Shown here: positions 24,700-38,620 of the stretch, in pieces
Layout: each line of letters begins with the position of its first letter
Numbering within the stretch: position 1 is the stretch's first letter
Assembly (NCBI GenBank): GCA_013265495.1
Contig: MU058654.1
Location: 62,001 to 126,000 of the forward strand
Direction of reading: 5' to 3'
Length of the DNA stretch: 64,000 bases
Source of the DNA: Vicugna vicugna
Lineage: Eukaryota
Position numbers and translations under genes: made by a program
The notes under the pieces: model-generated
Database searches by the model: none
Told to the model about the DNA's origin: nothing
Seen by the model: only the letters and a program-made list of their open reading frames with translations

Positions 24700-25310
24700 T
24701 TTTTTTTAAATAAATTTTTAATAATAAATTGTGAAAATTTCAAATTTCCAGAAAAGTTGTGAAGACAGTACAGGAGGTTCTCATATACCTCACACCTGGT
24801 TTCTTATATTATTAAAAAGCTTAAATCAGTATATACATATTATCAAAACTAATGAACCAATATTGATACTTTATTTTTTATTAACTAAAATGAAATCTAC
24901 AGTTTATGTAGATTTCCTTAGTTTTTACCTGCTGTAGTATTTTTTTTTCTTTTCTGTTCTTATACCACATTTTAGGATTCCACATTGCACTCATTTGTCA
25001 CTAAGTCACTTAGGTTCCTCTTGACTATGACAGTTTCTCAGACTTTCCCTGTTTTTGATGACCTTGACAAGAATGCAGAGGAGCTACTTTGTGTAATGTC
25101 CCTCAATTAAACTTTGTCTGATGATTTTCTCATGATTAAGCTTGGGCTAAGAATTTGGGGGGAAAAGAGGACAGAGGTAAAGTGTCCTTTCTCATTACAT
25201 CGTATCAAAAGCACATGCTCTAAGATGACTCGTAACTGTTGATGTTGACCTTGGTCACCTGGCTGAGATAGTGTTTATTTCTCTCTCTATCATGAAGTTA
25301 CTGTTTTTTT
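24700..25310 (-). mobile_element. Old L1 3' end (L1MC4-like)
   Basis: Poly-T start; gacagtttctcagactttccctgtttttgatgaccttgaca...gatgttgaccttggtcacctggctgag. Confidence 0.85.
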
Positions 25311-25519
25311 CTTGAGAGGCATCATTTTAAGAGTTAGCAGTTCTAGGAAAAGGAGCCTAACACAACAGCATCACTAAGAAAAAGGCTCCTGCTGTTCTAC
25401 ATGCAGGTAGATCCAGTTCATGAAATATGGAATCTCGCATATAGAAGACACCCAATAAACATGTGATGGGTCCATGAGGGAGAAGTGGCCCAGAGTGTTG
25501 CTATCTGGAGAACTCTGCA

Positions 25520-25770
25520 ATTAATTTATATTCACTTGACATAGTTATAATATCATTTCCCTGACTCTGGTCTAGATAATTGCATTTATGATGCACTGAA
25601 TCCTCATAACAACCCTCGTAGTTAAGACATATTTCATTTATTTTTATTTTACAGAAGAAGAAACTAAGACAGAGAGAGGTTACATAAGTCACCCAAGTTT
25701 CTGAGTGAGGTAATGATCCAGATTTAAACCCAGGCAGTCTGGCCCCAGAGCTCAACTTATTAAACACTGC
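25520..25770 (-). mobile_element. MIR SINE
   Basis: aatcctcataacaaccctcg...ttttacagaagaagaaactaagacagagagaggttacataagtcacccaag...aacccaggcagtctggccccagagc. Confidence 0.9.
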
Positions 25771-26894
25771 AGCATCTCCACTGTTCCTGGTGAAGGCAGG
25801 GCTGTGTAACTGGAAATGATCTCTTTGGGAAAGACTCCAAGTTTTAAATCATTATTCAGGGAACTTTCTTTATAGGAATGTGTTCTCTACTGCACAGAAG
25901 ACATGAAAACAGAATTAAAATCTGGATTTTTTTTTATAAGTGCTAATGCTGTCTCAATTGATGAATAATCATGTGGAAATATTTTATCTCAAAGAACTTG
26001 CCAAGAGTTTTCCTGATTGAAGCCAAGACTTCTATCTTCTTTTAAAAGATCCATTAGTGTTGCCTCCAGTGGGTTAATTTGACTGGAATTTGACAAACAT
26101 AGAATCAAGTAAGTTTCAAAAATTAAGGAAAGATTCACTAAAAAGAATATTACTTGAGAAATATGATTTCAAGTCATCAATTTGAAGAAATTCAGCACTT
26201 TTCTAGTTTAAACTTTTACTTATGGGAATGCCATGAAAAGTTCGTGAGAACACAGATAAATTTTTCATACTTTTTGGAACACACTATTCCTATATACATA
26301 TTTGATACATCTTTGGCCACAAATTTCTATTTAATATTAGTTTTTCAGAACAACACAAATTTCAACATCACAAAATAAGAGTTTTTTCTAGGTTTTCTTA
26401 TAATTCAACAATTCTACAAATAATCAAAGCATGAAGCACATTTTAAGCACACACCACACACACACACACATGCACACATTAAATATATAATGTATATGTA
26501 TGTATATGGCAGCAGCTTTCACATAGTGAGAAGCCCTGAATCGCCTTAGCTCCAGGTCATATTGATTTTTCCCTCCATGGTGTTGGCAGCTTCTGTATAT
26601 ATTAGCACGTTTTGGCATCCTCTTTCTTCAGCTTTATGAGTCAATCAAGTTATATAAAATCCTAATAAGAAATTGCTCTTTTCTTTTCAAGCATATGCAT
26701 ATTGGTACTCAGCTATCCTATTTGAAGGATGGATTTTGATCTCAAACATGGACTTGCAATCATTCTTTGGTCACACCAATCACTTGCAGGTACAAATTTT
26801 GACCCTGGAAGGTATCTAAAAATGTCTTAGTCTTCAGATTTATTCACATGGAGTATGAGCAGTGTGAAATCTCACACAAACCTTTACCTTCTTT

Positions 26895-28276
26895 TTCATT
26901 TATTTATATATATTTTAAATTGCATTTATTCAAGGTGTACAACATGATGATTCATTAGAAATATAAATAGTTAAATGATGACTACAGTCATGCTAATTAA
27001 CATATCACCTCCTTCCATAGTTATAATTTTTGGTATGTGATGGGTGTGCTTGAAATCTACTGTCATAGCATATTTTCAAATGTTCATTGAATATAATATT
27101 AGTAAGGGTAGTCATCATGACTATACATCAGATTTCTAGACATTTATTCTAAGAACTTGTAACTTTGGACCCTTTGACCAGCCCTTCCTCTTTTCTCCTA
27201 CCTGCTCCCAGGTCCTGGTAACCACCATTCTACTTTCTGTTTCTGTGAGTGGAGTTATTTTGTTCATTTGTTTTTAGATTCCACATATAAATGAGATCAT
27301 ACAATATTTTATCTGCTACTCAGCATAATGTCCTCAAGTTTTATCTACATTGTCACAGAGGCAGGATTTCTTCCTTCCTCATGACTGAAAAATATTCCAT
27401 TTCAAAAATATATAATGAAATATTTAATATAACAGAATTATAACATAATATAGCTCTTCTTTTTTTCCATTCTAATTCTTTATCCACTTATTTGTCAACA
27501 AATACTTGAGTTATCTCCATATCTTGGCTATTGGGAATATACTGCCATTAACATGGGGTATAATGGTTTTATTTTTTGACTATATACCCAAAACTAGATT
27601 GCTGGATCATATGGTAGCTCTATTTAGACTTTTTTCAGGACCTTCTATAATGTTTTCCATAATGGATGTGCCAATTTATTTTCTCACCACTAGTATACAA
27701 GGATTCCCTTTTCTCCACACCCTAGACAATTTTTATTAACATCTGTCTTTTTGATGATAGCCAGTGTAATAGGTATGAGCTCATACGTCACTGTGATTTT
27801 TATTCGCATTTCCCTGATGATCAGTGATGTTGAGCATGTTTGCATGTACTTGTTGGTCACTTGTATTTCTTCTTCTGAGAAATGTGTATCCAGGTCCTTT
27901 ACTCATTTTAAAATTGTATTATTTATTTTATTGCTATTTATTTGTTTCAGTTCCATATATAATTTGGATTTTAACCCCTTACCATATGTATGGTTTGCAA
28001 ATATTTTCTCCTATTTCACAAGTTGTCTATTCACTCTGCTAATGTTTCTCTTGCTGTTCATGAGTCTTTTGGTATGATGCAAACCCATTTGTCTTCTTTT
28101 GTGTTTGATGCTATGCTTTATGGATTATATCCAAAATTCATTGCCCAGAGCAATGTCAAAAGCTTTTTTCCCCTCTGTTTTCTTCTACTAGTTTTGTAGT
28201 TTCAGAACTTATATTAAGTTTTTATTCTGTTTTGAGTTGATTTTGTGTATGGAGTGAGATAGGGTATTATTTCATT
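26895..28276 (-). mobile_element. Old L1 (L1MA-like), 3' segment: 3'UTR plus ORF2 end
   Basis: caaggtgtacaacatgatga...ttagattccacatataaatgagatcatac...gcatttccctgatgatcagtgatgttgagca...gagttgattttgtgtatggagtgagataggg. Confidence 0.9.
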
Positions 28277-29634
28277 AAACAGAGATCAGAAAACCAAAGG
28301 AAAAGATTGATGAAACTAACAGTTTAAATAAATAAATAAATAAAGCAAAATGGACAAACTTTTAGCTAGACTAAGAAAAAAGAGAAAAGCTTAAATAAAT
28401 AAGTTTTAAAAAGAAAGAGGAAAAATTATAACTGATATAACAGAAATACAAATATCATAAGATACTACTGTTAATAATTCTATGCCAACAATTTGGATAA
28501 CCTAGAAGAAACGGATGAATTCTTAGAAACACATAATCTATTAAGACTGAATCATAAAGAAATATACAATTTGAACAGACCAATAACAAGTGAGGAGACT
28601 GAATCAGTAATCAAAAACCACCCAATGAGTCTCCCAAATTCAAGGTCTGATGGTTTCCCTGGTGACTTCTTTTGAACATTTAAAGGATAATTAATACCAA
28701 TCTTTCTCAAACTCTTCCGAAAAGTTGAAAAGGAGGAAACGTTTCCAAATTCATTTTATTAGGCTAGCATTACTGTTATACCAAAGTCAGATAAGGACAC
28801 TACAATAAAACAAAATTTAAGGTCAGTAGCCTAGTTGAACACAGATGCAAAAATCCTTAACAAACACTAGCAAACCAGATTCAATAGCACTTTAAAAGGA
28901 TCATTCACTGTGATCAAGTAGGATTTACTCCTGAGATGCAAGGATGTTTCAATATACACAAATCAATGTATCTGATACACCACATTAACAAAATGAAAGA
29001 TAAAATACTGTGATCATATCAATAGATATACAAAAGCATTTAACAAAATTCAACTCCCTTTCATCATCATCATAAAAAAAGAAAAACTCAACAAATTAGG
29101 TAAAGAAGTGACTCATCTCAACATAATAAAGGCCATCCGTGGCAAACCCATAGCTAACATCATATTCAATGATGAAAAGCTATAAACTTTTACTCTAAGA
29201 TCAGAAACAAAACAATGATGCCCACTCTCACCACCTTTATTAAATATAGTACTGGAAGTCCTAGCCAGAGTAATTAGACAAGAAAAAATTAAATAAACAA
29301 AAGGCATCCAAATCGAAAGGAAGAAGAAAAATTAACTCTGTTTACAGATTACGTGATCTTATATATAGAACACTTTAAAGACACCACCAAAAAACTGTTA
29401 GAACTAATAATCTAATTCAGCAAAGCTACAGGATACAAAACAATATACAAAAATCAATTTCATATTTATACACTAACAATGAACCCTCCAAAAAGGAAAC
29501 TAAGAAAACAATCACATTTACAATAACATCAAAAAGAATAAGACGCTTACAAATAAATTTATCCAAAGATATAAAACATCTGTATGCTGAAAACTATAAA
29601 ACACTGGTGAGAGAAATTGATGAAAATACAAATA
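28277..29634 (+). mobile_element. Inverted 5' segment of the same L1 (ORF2 RT region), part 1
   Basis: Decayed ORF2 sense: DNLEETDEFLETHNLLRLN...; ggatttactcctgagatgcaagg...; tttacagattacgtgatc (FADD-like motif). Confidence 0.9.
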
Positions 29635-30837
29635 TAGGCAAAACATTATCTCACATACATCTCAAAAATGTTCTGGGGCAGTCTACCCAAGAAATAGAAA
29701 TAAAAGCAATAATAAACAAATGGGACCTAATTAAACTTACAAGCTTCTCCACAGCAAAGGAAACCATAAGTAAAACAAAATGACAACCTACGGAATGGGA
29801 GAAAATTTTTGCAAATGAATAGACAAAGGCTTGATCTCCAGAATATATAAGCAGCTCATATGATTTAATAAGAAAAAAACAAACAACCCCATCCAAAAAT
29901 GGGAATGGGCAGAAAAACAAGCAATTCTCCAAGGAAGAAATACAAATGATCAATAAGCACATGAAAAAATGCTCAATATCACTAATTATCAGAGAAATGC
30001 ATACAAAACTACAATGAGATGTCACCTCAAACCAGTCATTATGGCCATCATTCAAAAGTCCACAAATGACAAGTGCTGGAGAGGCTGTGGAGAAAAGGGA
30101 ATCCTCCTACACTGCTGGTGGGAATGCAGTTTGGTGCAGCCACTGTGGAAAACAGTGTGGAGATTCCTCAAAAGCCTAGGAATAGACTTACCATATGACC
30201 CAGGAATCCTGCTCCTGGGTATATATCCAGAAGGAACCCTACTTCAAAATGACACCTGTACCCCAGTGTTCATAGCAGCACTATTTACAATAGCCGAGAC
30301 ATGGAAACAGCCTAAATGTCCATCAACAGATGACTGGATAAAGAAGAGGTGGTATATTTATACAATGGAATACTACTCAGCCATAAAATCCAACAACATA
30401 ACGTCATTTGCAGCAACATGGATGTTAATGGTGAATGTCATTCTAAGTGAAGTAAGTCAGAAAGAGAAAGAAAAATACCATACGAGATTGCTCATATGCA
30501 GAATCTAAAAAAAAACAAAAAACAAAAAAACAAAAAAACACACATAAATACAAAAGAGAAACAGACTCATAGACATAGAATACAAACTTGTGGTTGCCAG
30601 GGGGACAGGGGGTGGGAAGGGACTGGGATTTCAAACTGTAGAATAGATAAACAAGATTGTACTGTGTAGCACGGGGAAATATATACAGGATCTTGTGGTG
30701 GCTCACAGCAAAAGAGAATGTGACAAAGAGAATGTGAAACGTATGTATGTTCATGTATAACTGAAAAATTGTGTTCTACACTGGAATTTGACACAACATT
30801 GTAAAATGACTATAACTCAAAAAATGTTGAAAAAAAA
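29635..30837 (+). mobile_element. Young 1.2-kb camelid-type L1 nested in the older L1, 13-bp TSD
   Basis: gaaaatacaaata at 29622-29634 and 30838-30850; A-rich tail; host ORF2 is collinear across the TSD. Confidence 0.95.
29969..30508 (+). pseudogene. L1 ORF2 C-terminal remnant (CCHC region); in true frame from ~30006
   Basis: [34 protein letters not shown]...DLPYDP...W.QPKCPS.DDWIKK.WYIYTMEYYSAIK. Confidence 0.95.
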
Positions 30838-31293
30838 GAAAATACAAATAAACAAAAGGATATCACATGTTCATGGATTAGAAGAATTATATTTTTAAAT
30901 GTCCATGCTACCCCAAACAATCTAAAGCTTCAACACAATCCCTATCAAAATTCCATTGATATTTTTTCACAAAAATGGAAAAAAACAAAAACAAAAATTC
31001 TTGTGCAACCACAAAAGACCATGAATAGCCCAAGTGATCTTAAGCAAAAAACCAAAGTTGAATGTGTCACACCACCCAATTTCAAAATATACCACAAAAC
31101 CATAATAATCAAAATAGCATGGCACTGGCATAAAAACAGATATATAGACCAATGGAACAAAATAGATAGACCAGAAATAAATCTATGTGTTTATAATCAA
31201 TAGACTTTTGACAAAGGTATCAAGAACACACAATGTAGAAAGGATAATCTCTTCAATAAATGATTTTGGGATAACTGGTTTTCCACTTACAAA
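30838..31293 (+). mobile_element. Inverted 5' segment of the older L1, part 2
   Basis: acatgttcatggattagaagaatt...AWHWHKNRYIDQWNKI...ctcttcaataaatgattttgggataactgg. Confidence 0.9.
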
Positions 31294-31799
31294 CATCTCA
31301 CATGTATGGGTATCAAAATGAGACAAGAAATACCAGTGTTTAACTGCCACCTCACATTTTCTGTTCAGCTGTTCCCCCAAATTACCAGGGGGGAAAAAGA
31401 CAAATAAGTGAACCAGTCACTTTGCTTTAGTGAAATTTAGACTCACAGTAGGTACTAGGGGCCTGCAGTCACAGGATCTAAGGGTAAAGTTTTCTGATTT
31501 CTTTCTAAATAACATGCAGTATGTTTTCTTACTCTTGGTCGGTATTTAACGTTTGTCCTTTGGTTCTTTCAGCGTTAGTGTTTTGCAAATGGAAGCCAAC
31601 ATTTGGAGCACCAGCTGTAAAAACAATATATCTGAAGCAGGAATACTTGATGAGTGACAACAAATAATGTTTGACTTGGTATAGAACATGCCTGTACATG
31701 GAATGATGTTTTTTTACTGCACCTGATCTAGTGAAGACTCATACTTTGATAAAAATGTTCCAACATTGATAAAGTTACTTTGCTATGATTTTATTTCAT

Positions 31800-31965
31800 T
31801 TTTTCCTTTTTCTACTGAGGCATAAATGTCCTATAGCATTATATTAATTTCAGTTGTACAACAAAATGATTTGATATTTGTATATGTTGTAAAAGGATCA
31901 CCACAAGACTAGTTCTCATCTGTCACCAATGTTAACAATTATTTCCTTGTGATGAAGACTTTTGT
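31800..31965 (-). mobile_element. Short old L1 3' end
   Basis: tttcagttgtacaacaaaatgatttgatatttgtatatgttgtaaaaggatcaccaca...ttccttgtgatgaagactttt. Confidence 0.75.
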
Positions 31966-31974
31966 GATATGACA

Positions 31975-32160
31975 GACACAGACAAACCTGGGTAAAACCC
32001 TCACTTTAAAATTAGCCATGCGCTCCCAGGCAAATTGCTCAACTTCTTTAAGTTTTACTTTCTTCTTCTATAAATGTTGTAAGAGTATTTAGATAAGCAG
32101 TAAGTTAAATAACTAAGGGGATATGAACAGTCAACAATTAATGATAAGTAAATTATAAAT
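31975..32160 (+). mobile_element. MIR SINE fragment
   Basis: cagacaaacctgggt...caggcaaattgctcaacttct...tttcttcttctataaa. Confidence 0.6.
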
Positions 32161-34449
32161 TATTATTGCAATGGCAGCCCCATCAATTAATCATAGTTTT
32201 ACCAGGGTATGTTCTGCACAAGGCAATGCATGAAGGAATCATTGACTGTGATCATCTGGGGAAAAGCTAGAGCAAAATCCTGGTGATTTCCAATGCCATA
32301 TTGTCTGTATCATAGAAATCCATTCAAATTTGTTTAACCAGTGTTTCCCAAATATATGTTACTGAGATACTCTTCATAAAGTGACCTCCATCAATAATCC
32401 AATAATTCATGTGTTCTTTGCATCATACTTTGAGAAAACCTGGGACAATGTAATTTGTAACAATTTGTTGATATTTAAGAAGGGTAAAGCCATGATTTGA
32501 ATATAAGAAAAAATTAATCAAAAGTTATTTTTTTCAAATTCCAATTTTAAACTAAAAGTATTTTTGTTAACTGGATACTAGGCTTCTTTGACAATCCTAA
32601 TAATTGGTTTCATAATGACAAAGGAACAACCACTCAGACTCAACCTGCAACAGACAAACACATGCACACACATCCATCATACACATAATAAAACTTTGAT
32701 GGACAGGAATGGGTGTGAGAGGAGGTCATTAGGCTCTGAAAGTGTGGGAGTCTCCAGTCTACCGGGCAGGAGACACATCTTATCTTAGGTCCCCTTGCCC
32801 CTACAGTCCACTGGGACTCACCTTGTATACGTTTCAAAATGTTAGATAGACTGTCAAACTAAAAGCAGATAGAACTTTGTTACTAAATACACATTTAAAA
32901 CTCTGTAGGGTATTAATGGCAACATTTTTACTTGCAGTTTTCTTGAAAATATTGTAATAAGGAAGAATAATGGAGTCCTTCCAAATATATAGTTTATTGG
33001 TACATACTGGTACCAATATTTCATCTAATTACTCTGATTATGTAGGTTAGCATATTTACGTAGAGTGTGTATACAGTCACACATTTCCTGTATACCAGTG
33101 AATGTGTGCATACATACATAGAGTGTGTATACATATACATGTAATACAGTATGTTCCTGCGTTCTCAGATCTCACCATCATTCAATGTCTTGCCAAATAG
33201 CATTACAGGCAAAGTGCCAGATCTTTTCACGTCCCCACTGAAGTCACTTGGAACGTATTTGAACATGGCAAAATACATTTGCCAAGTTATGTGCATAAAA
33301 ACATCCTTTGATCTTTCAGAGTCATAAATATGTAATAAACTACATGGTTGCCCTACTGATCTGTCCGACATCAATCTTACCTTCCCTTTTTATGGGTTCA
33401 TCAAAATAAGATATGATCAAGGTACAAAAGAGTTAAAGAAGCTATTTATTTTAATGTTTCCTTGGAGAGCATGCTTGTTATTGTGAGTACAAATGATATA
33501 TATAATATTTCATGAATGATGTTGAAGCATTAAAAATCACCTCTGCTCTTGAAGTTAACACAAAACTCTGGCTCTCTGCCAATACTCCCCTTGTCCCCTG
33601 TGGCCTGCTACAAGATGCAGTGTCATTTTTCCAGGATAATACTGGAGTGCTAGTCTGTTTTTAAGTCATAGTCTAGATTCTTAATATAATCATTTTTTTA
33701 ATGTCCAGGAAATTGCACCCTAAGCAGCTATTTGGTTTGAGCTAAAGAGTGATAACCAAAATTTGGGATTATTCAAGTTTTAGCAGACATCAAAATATGA
33801 TTTATGGAGGAAAATTAAGGAAATGCAGGTAACAGGAAGGGATCAGGTAAGCAAGACATTTTATCGCTGTTGTTTAATCCTTAAAAGTGCAAATCACTGA
33901 CTTCTAGGCCCACTTGTGGTTTATTGAGTGTTTCTTAACATCAAGCTGCAGACACAGGATACATCAGGTGATGAGATCTTTAAATTGACTATTGTGAAGT
34001 ATTGAAGGAAAGCATAAAAATTATGCAAGCTATAAACTGGGTGAGTGATGGAGTGGGTAGTAAAATCTACATTTTTTCCCCACAAGGGACAAATAAGATT
34101 GAACTAAGTGTATCAGTGCTACAAGGATGCAAGTTTTACCTTATAGCAGAACAAAATAATGATCTGTGCTTATTCTGATATATTTAGGTCAGTGAAAAAG
34201 GATGATTTATGTCAATGGACACAGTTTCACAGGTATAAGTTGTGTACTTTCTTCATGATAGCATAAAATGAACTAGATACTAGTGTATGATTAATAATGA
34301 CCCGGATAATTTTCTCCTATGTACACAATTATTTTATCAGGGAAGGAAGGAAAGACTAAAATTATTCAATAGAATTCAATAATGTGGAAACATACCACAA
34401 GATTTTAGTCTCACTGTCAGTTGTGCAACTGACTTACAATAAGAACTTG

Positions 34450-36620
34450 GTTTAAAATTTAGCAAACTGAATTCAGCAACACCTAAAACCCTTGTATACC
34501 ATTGTTACATGGCATTTATATAATATTACTAAAATAAAGGATAGAAAACATGTTCTTTTTGTAGATATAAGAAACAGATTTGAGAAAATGCAACATGTGT
34601 CCATGATAAGAGGTCTCACGAAACTAAAAACAGAAAGAAATTGTCTCGACCTGATAAAAAGAATCTGTGAAACACCTATAGTTTATATCAAATTTGGGAG
34701 TGAAAGACTGAATAATTTTTCCCTAAAACTGGGAACAAAGTAAGGATGTCTACTGTCACACTTCTATTCAACATTGCAGTGGGGCTTCTACCCCAAATAA
34801 AGTTATTGAAAGGAATCTAGATAGGTAAGAAGGAAATAAAACTGTCTTTATTTTAAAATAACATCATTTTATATTTAGAAAATCCTAAGGAATACATGAC
34901 TAAATTAGTAGAGCTAGTAACAAGTTTAACAAGGTCAAGAGGTACAAAAATATATTGATAGACAAAAATCAATTGTACTTTTATATCCTAGCAATAAACA
35001 ATTTGAAGTTGAAATTGTTAAATGACTCCGTTACAAAAGCATAAAAATTAAATAGGCATAAATTTAACAAAATAATGTAACATTGCTTAGAGAAATTAAA
35101 GAGGATCAAAATAAATGGAGAGCCATCCTACGTTCATAGTTTGGAAGAGTAAATAGTGGTTGAATGGCAATTGTTTCCAAATTGTTCTACACATTTAATA
35201 TAATCCCCATTAAAATATTGGAAAACATTTTGGCAGAAATTGGTAAGCTGATCCTAACGTTTATGTGGAAATGGAAATGACTCAGGAGAACCTAAAAATT
35301 TTGAAAGGGAATAAAATGCAAAAGGGTTTATGTTACCTCATTTGAAAACTTATCATGAAGCTGCTGTAATCTGAGTGTAGTTTTGGCATAAAAATGGTGA
35401 TGTAACCAAGTGGAAAACAATTGAAAGATCATAAATTATCATTTATGTTTATAGTCAATAAATTTTGGGAAAAAATGTGCCCTGAAAATTCAATGATGAA
35501 AGGATAGTCTTTTCATTAAATGATGCTGGAAAACGAATATCCAGACCTACAAAAGATATTAAAATAAATCTTTACCTCATATCATATACAAACGTTAATC
35601 CACAATGAATCACAGACGTAAAGTTAAACTGATACAGTATCTAAAACAAAACATGAGAAAATATCTCCATGACCTTGTGTTCTTAGCCAAAAAAAAAAAA
35701 TCACAAGCACAAATCACACACAATAATAAATTAGACATCATTAAAATTAAGCTTTTTGTGCTTCAGCAAGCTCCGTTAAGGAAATGAGAAGGTGAGTCAC
35801 AGACTAGGAGTAAATGTTTGCAAATCATACCTCTGACAAAGGACTTGTATCCAGAATATGTGTAGAAATCTTAAAACTCAACAATATGAAGCCAGCCCAA
35901 TTTTTAAAGTGGATTTTAAATGGATTTGAACATCTTACAATATCTACAGAACACATAGAAAAATATTCAAGTCTCATAAATGATTAGGGAAATGCAAATT
36001 AAAACCACAGTTAGATATCTCTATTCATCCACTAAAATGCTATAATCCAGAAGATTGAAAATTGGCAAGGACACAGAGACACTGGAACCCTCACACATTG
36101 CTGTTGGGAATGCTAAATTGTGAAGCCACTTTGGGAGACAATTTGGAATTTTCTTTACAAATGAAACATGAGATTTTTACATGACCTAACACTTCCATTT
36201 CTATGAATTTACACAAAAAAATGAAAATATATGTTCATAAAAGACTTGCATGTGAATGCTTAGAGCAGTATTATTCATAGCAAAATAATGGAAATTGTTC
36301 TAAAGCACTTCAGATAATAAATGGATGAAAAAAATATAGCATATCTATACAGTGAAATTACTCTTAGAAAAACATCCTGAAACATGCTACAGAACAGATG
36401 AATCTCAAAAGCATTATGCTAAGTAAAAGAAATTAGACTAAAATGACTGCATATTGTATGATTACATTTGTATTAAATGTTCAGAAAAGACAAGTTTATG
36501 GAGACCAAAAACTGATTTCCTGAGCCTGAGTTTTGAAGAAGGAATTAACTGCAAATGGAATTCGGAGGAATATATAAGACTATGAAAATGTTCTCAAAAT
36601 GGATTACGAGAGAACTTGTT
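34450..36620 (+). mobile_element. Old L1 (ORF2 3' half and 3'UTR); its terminal ~85 bp lie at 37952-38035
   Basis: ttctattcaacattgcagtgg...gattagggaaatgcaaattaaaaccaca...gatgaatctcaaaagcattatgctaagtaaaaga...gaaaatgttctcaaaatggatt. Confidence 0.9.
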
Positions 36621-36654
36621 TTATATAATTTAATTATTTTAATTTGTAAAGATT

Positions 36655-37780
36655 CAGTTGATGACCTGAAGCATGTTGCGCACGTACCTGGAGAGACTAT
36701 ATATTCCCCTGTCCTTCAGTGCAGTGTCTATTAGTATCAGACTCCAGTTCATTAATGATGGTACTTAGTTCTTCAATATGCTTATTTGCTGTCTACTAGT
36801 TCTCTCTGCTACTGAGAGATGACTGTTGAGTTTGCTAATTGTACTTGTGCAGTAATTTATTTTTCCTTTTGGCTCTATTAGATTTTGCTTTATGTTTTTG
36901 AAAGCTGTGTTGATAGGTACATAGACATTAAGGATGCTGTATCTTCTTGGTTAACTAACCTTTTTAATCATGGGTAATATCTTTTTTCATCCCTGGTAAT
37001 TATTTTTACTGTGAAGTCTACTTTATCTGATACTGGTAAAGCTGCTCCAACTTTCTTTTGATTACATTGACAAGGTACGTATATTTCTATCCTTCTGCTT
37101 TTAATCTGCCTGTTTAATTATACTGGGAATAAGTTTCTTGCAGGAAGTACAGTTGGTTCATGTTATTTTCCCCATTCTAATGATATTTGTGTTTTAAGTG
37201 GTGTGTTTAAATCATTTACATTAAATATAATAATTGATATATTTGGATTTAGGCTCATTTTCTCATTTATTTTGTTTTCTCTCCTTTTGGTTACCATCTT
37301 CCTGCCTGTCCTAGTGGAGCTGCGAAAGCAAAATACCACAGATTGGGTAGTAAATTTATTTCTTACAGTTTTGGAGGCTGGAATCCCAAGATCAGGGTGC
37401 CAACAGGGTCAGGATTTGATAATGGCCCTTTAAGAGATGAGAGCCCTCTCTGGGATCTCTTTTATAAAGGCACTAATCCCCTTCCTGAGAGTCCACCCTA
37501 ATAACCTAATCACATTCCAAAGGCCCCATCTCCTAACACCATCACTTAAGGCATTGGGTTTTTGACATATGTATTTGAGGGGGACACAAGCATTCAGACC
37601 ATAGTATTGCCCTTTTTCGGAGGGGGTGTTATTTAAAAATTTTTAGTGTTTAATTCTATTTTATTGATTCTGATGATTATTTTGCATAGATTTTATTGGT
37701 TGGTCTATGATAATATGCATACTTAACTGTTCACAGTCTGCTTAATATATAGAAAATGTACCATAATTGAAGTCCTTACA
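36655..37780 (-). mobile_element. Old L1 fragment (endonuclease region), interrupted by an MLT1A
   Basis: ttttgctttatgtttttgaaagctgtgttgataggtacatagaca...gaagtctactttatctgata...ctccaactttcttttgatta. Confidence 0.8.
37306..37605 (-). mobile_element. MaLR solo LTR (MLT1A-like)
   Basis: aaaataccacagattggg...ggaggctggaatcccaagatcagggtgcca...ttttataaaggcactaatccc...gggggacacaagcattcagaccatagta. Confidence 0.9.
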
Positions 37781-38239
37781 CTTTGGGGTGATAGAACTGT
37801 TCTGATTCCTGATTGCAATGTTGATTACACAGCTCTATACATAAACTGAAATAGATGAAAATGTACACCAAAAATTAATTGATTTTAGTGTATGATAATT
37901 AAAAAGAAAGTAATGTCACTGAACAAGTGAAAAAGTTTAAAAAAGATATAAAGATGATTGAACAACTCTAACATCATTGAATCACACATTTACGGTGAGT
38001 TAAGTTTATGGTATGTTATACCTCAATAAAATATGAAAAATGCATGTCATTCAGAGCTATAGATCCTTGAGTTTATGCCTCCTGGACTTTTCAGGTAATG
38101 GGGTGGATCTACTGCATAGGCATGTGCAGCAAAATGTATCAAAAATGGATCAGTCATTGGCGTGAAAATATGAAAACATAGAAGCACTAGAAGAAAATAT
38201 GGAAAAACATTTTTACAAATGTCTCCTACTAGGCAGGCA

Positions 38240-38620
38240 TCATACCCCAGAATAAATGATAAATGGATCAACAATTTAAATGTAAGAAAATGAAACAAGA
38301 AAGTATTCTAAGTAAACATGAAAAAAATTGTATTACAATTCTGGAGTGTGGAATGACTTTCTTAAAAATGACTCAAAACTCAAAAGCTAAAAAATAAAAT
38401 ATCAATAAATTTGACTATGTAGACATTTTAAATTTTCCATATGTCAGTGTTTTTATTTTCTGTAATAGACAAAAAAAATAATCTTTATATAGTAGAAGAT
38501 TATAGATATTAATAAGATAAAGATCTACAGTCCAACAGAAAATGATCAAATAATACAAAAAGTAAATATAGAGAAATATATACAAATAGGTCTACCTTGT
38601 CATAATGAGAGAAATACTAA
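38240..38620 (+). mobile_element. Ancient L1 (L1ME-like) ORF2 fragment
   Basis: aaatggatcaacaatttaaatgtaag...aataaatttgactatgta. Confidence 0.65.

Noticed and set aside
27506..29307. Several 60-108 aa ORFs
   Set aside because: Antisense or broken frames of decayed L1 ORF2
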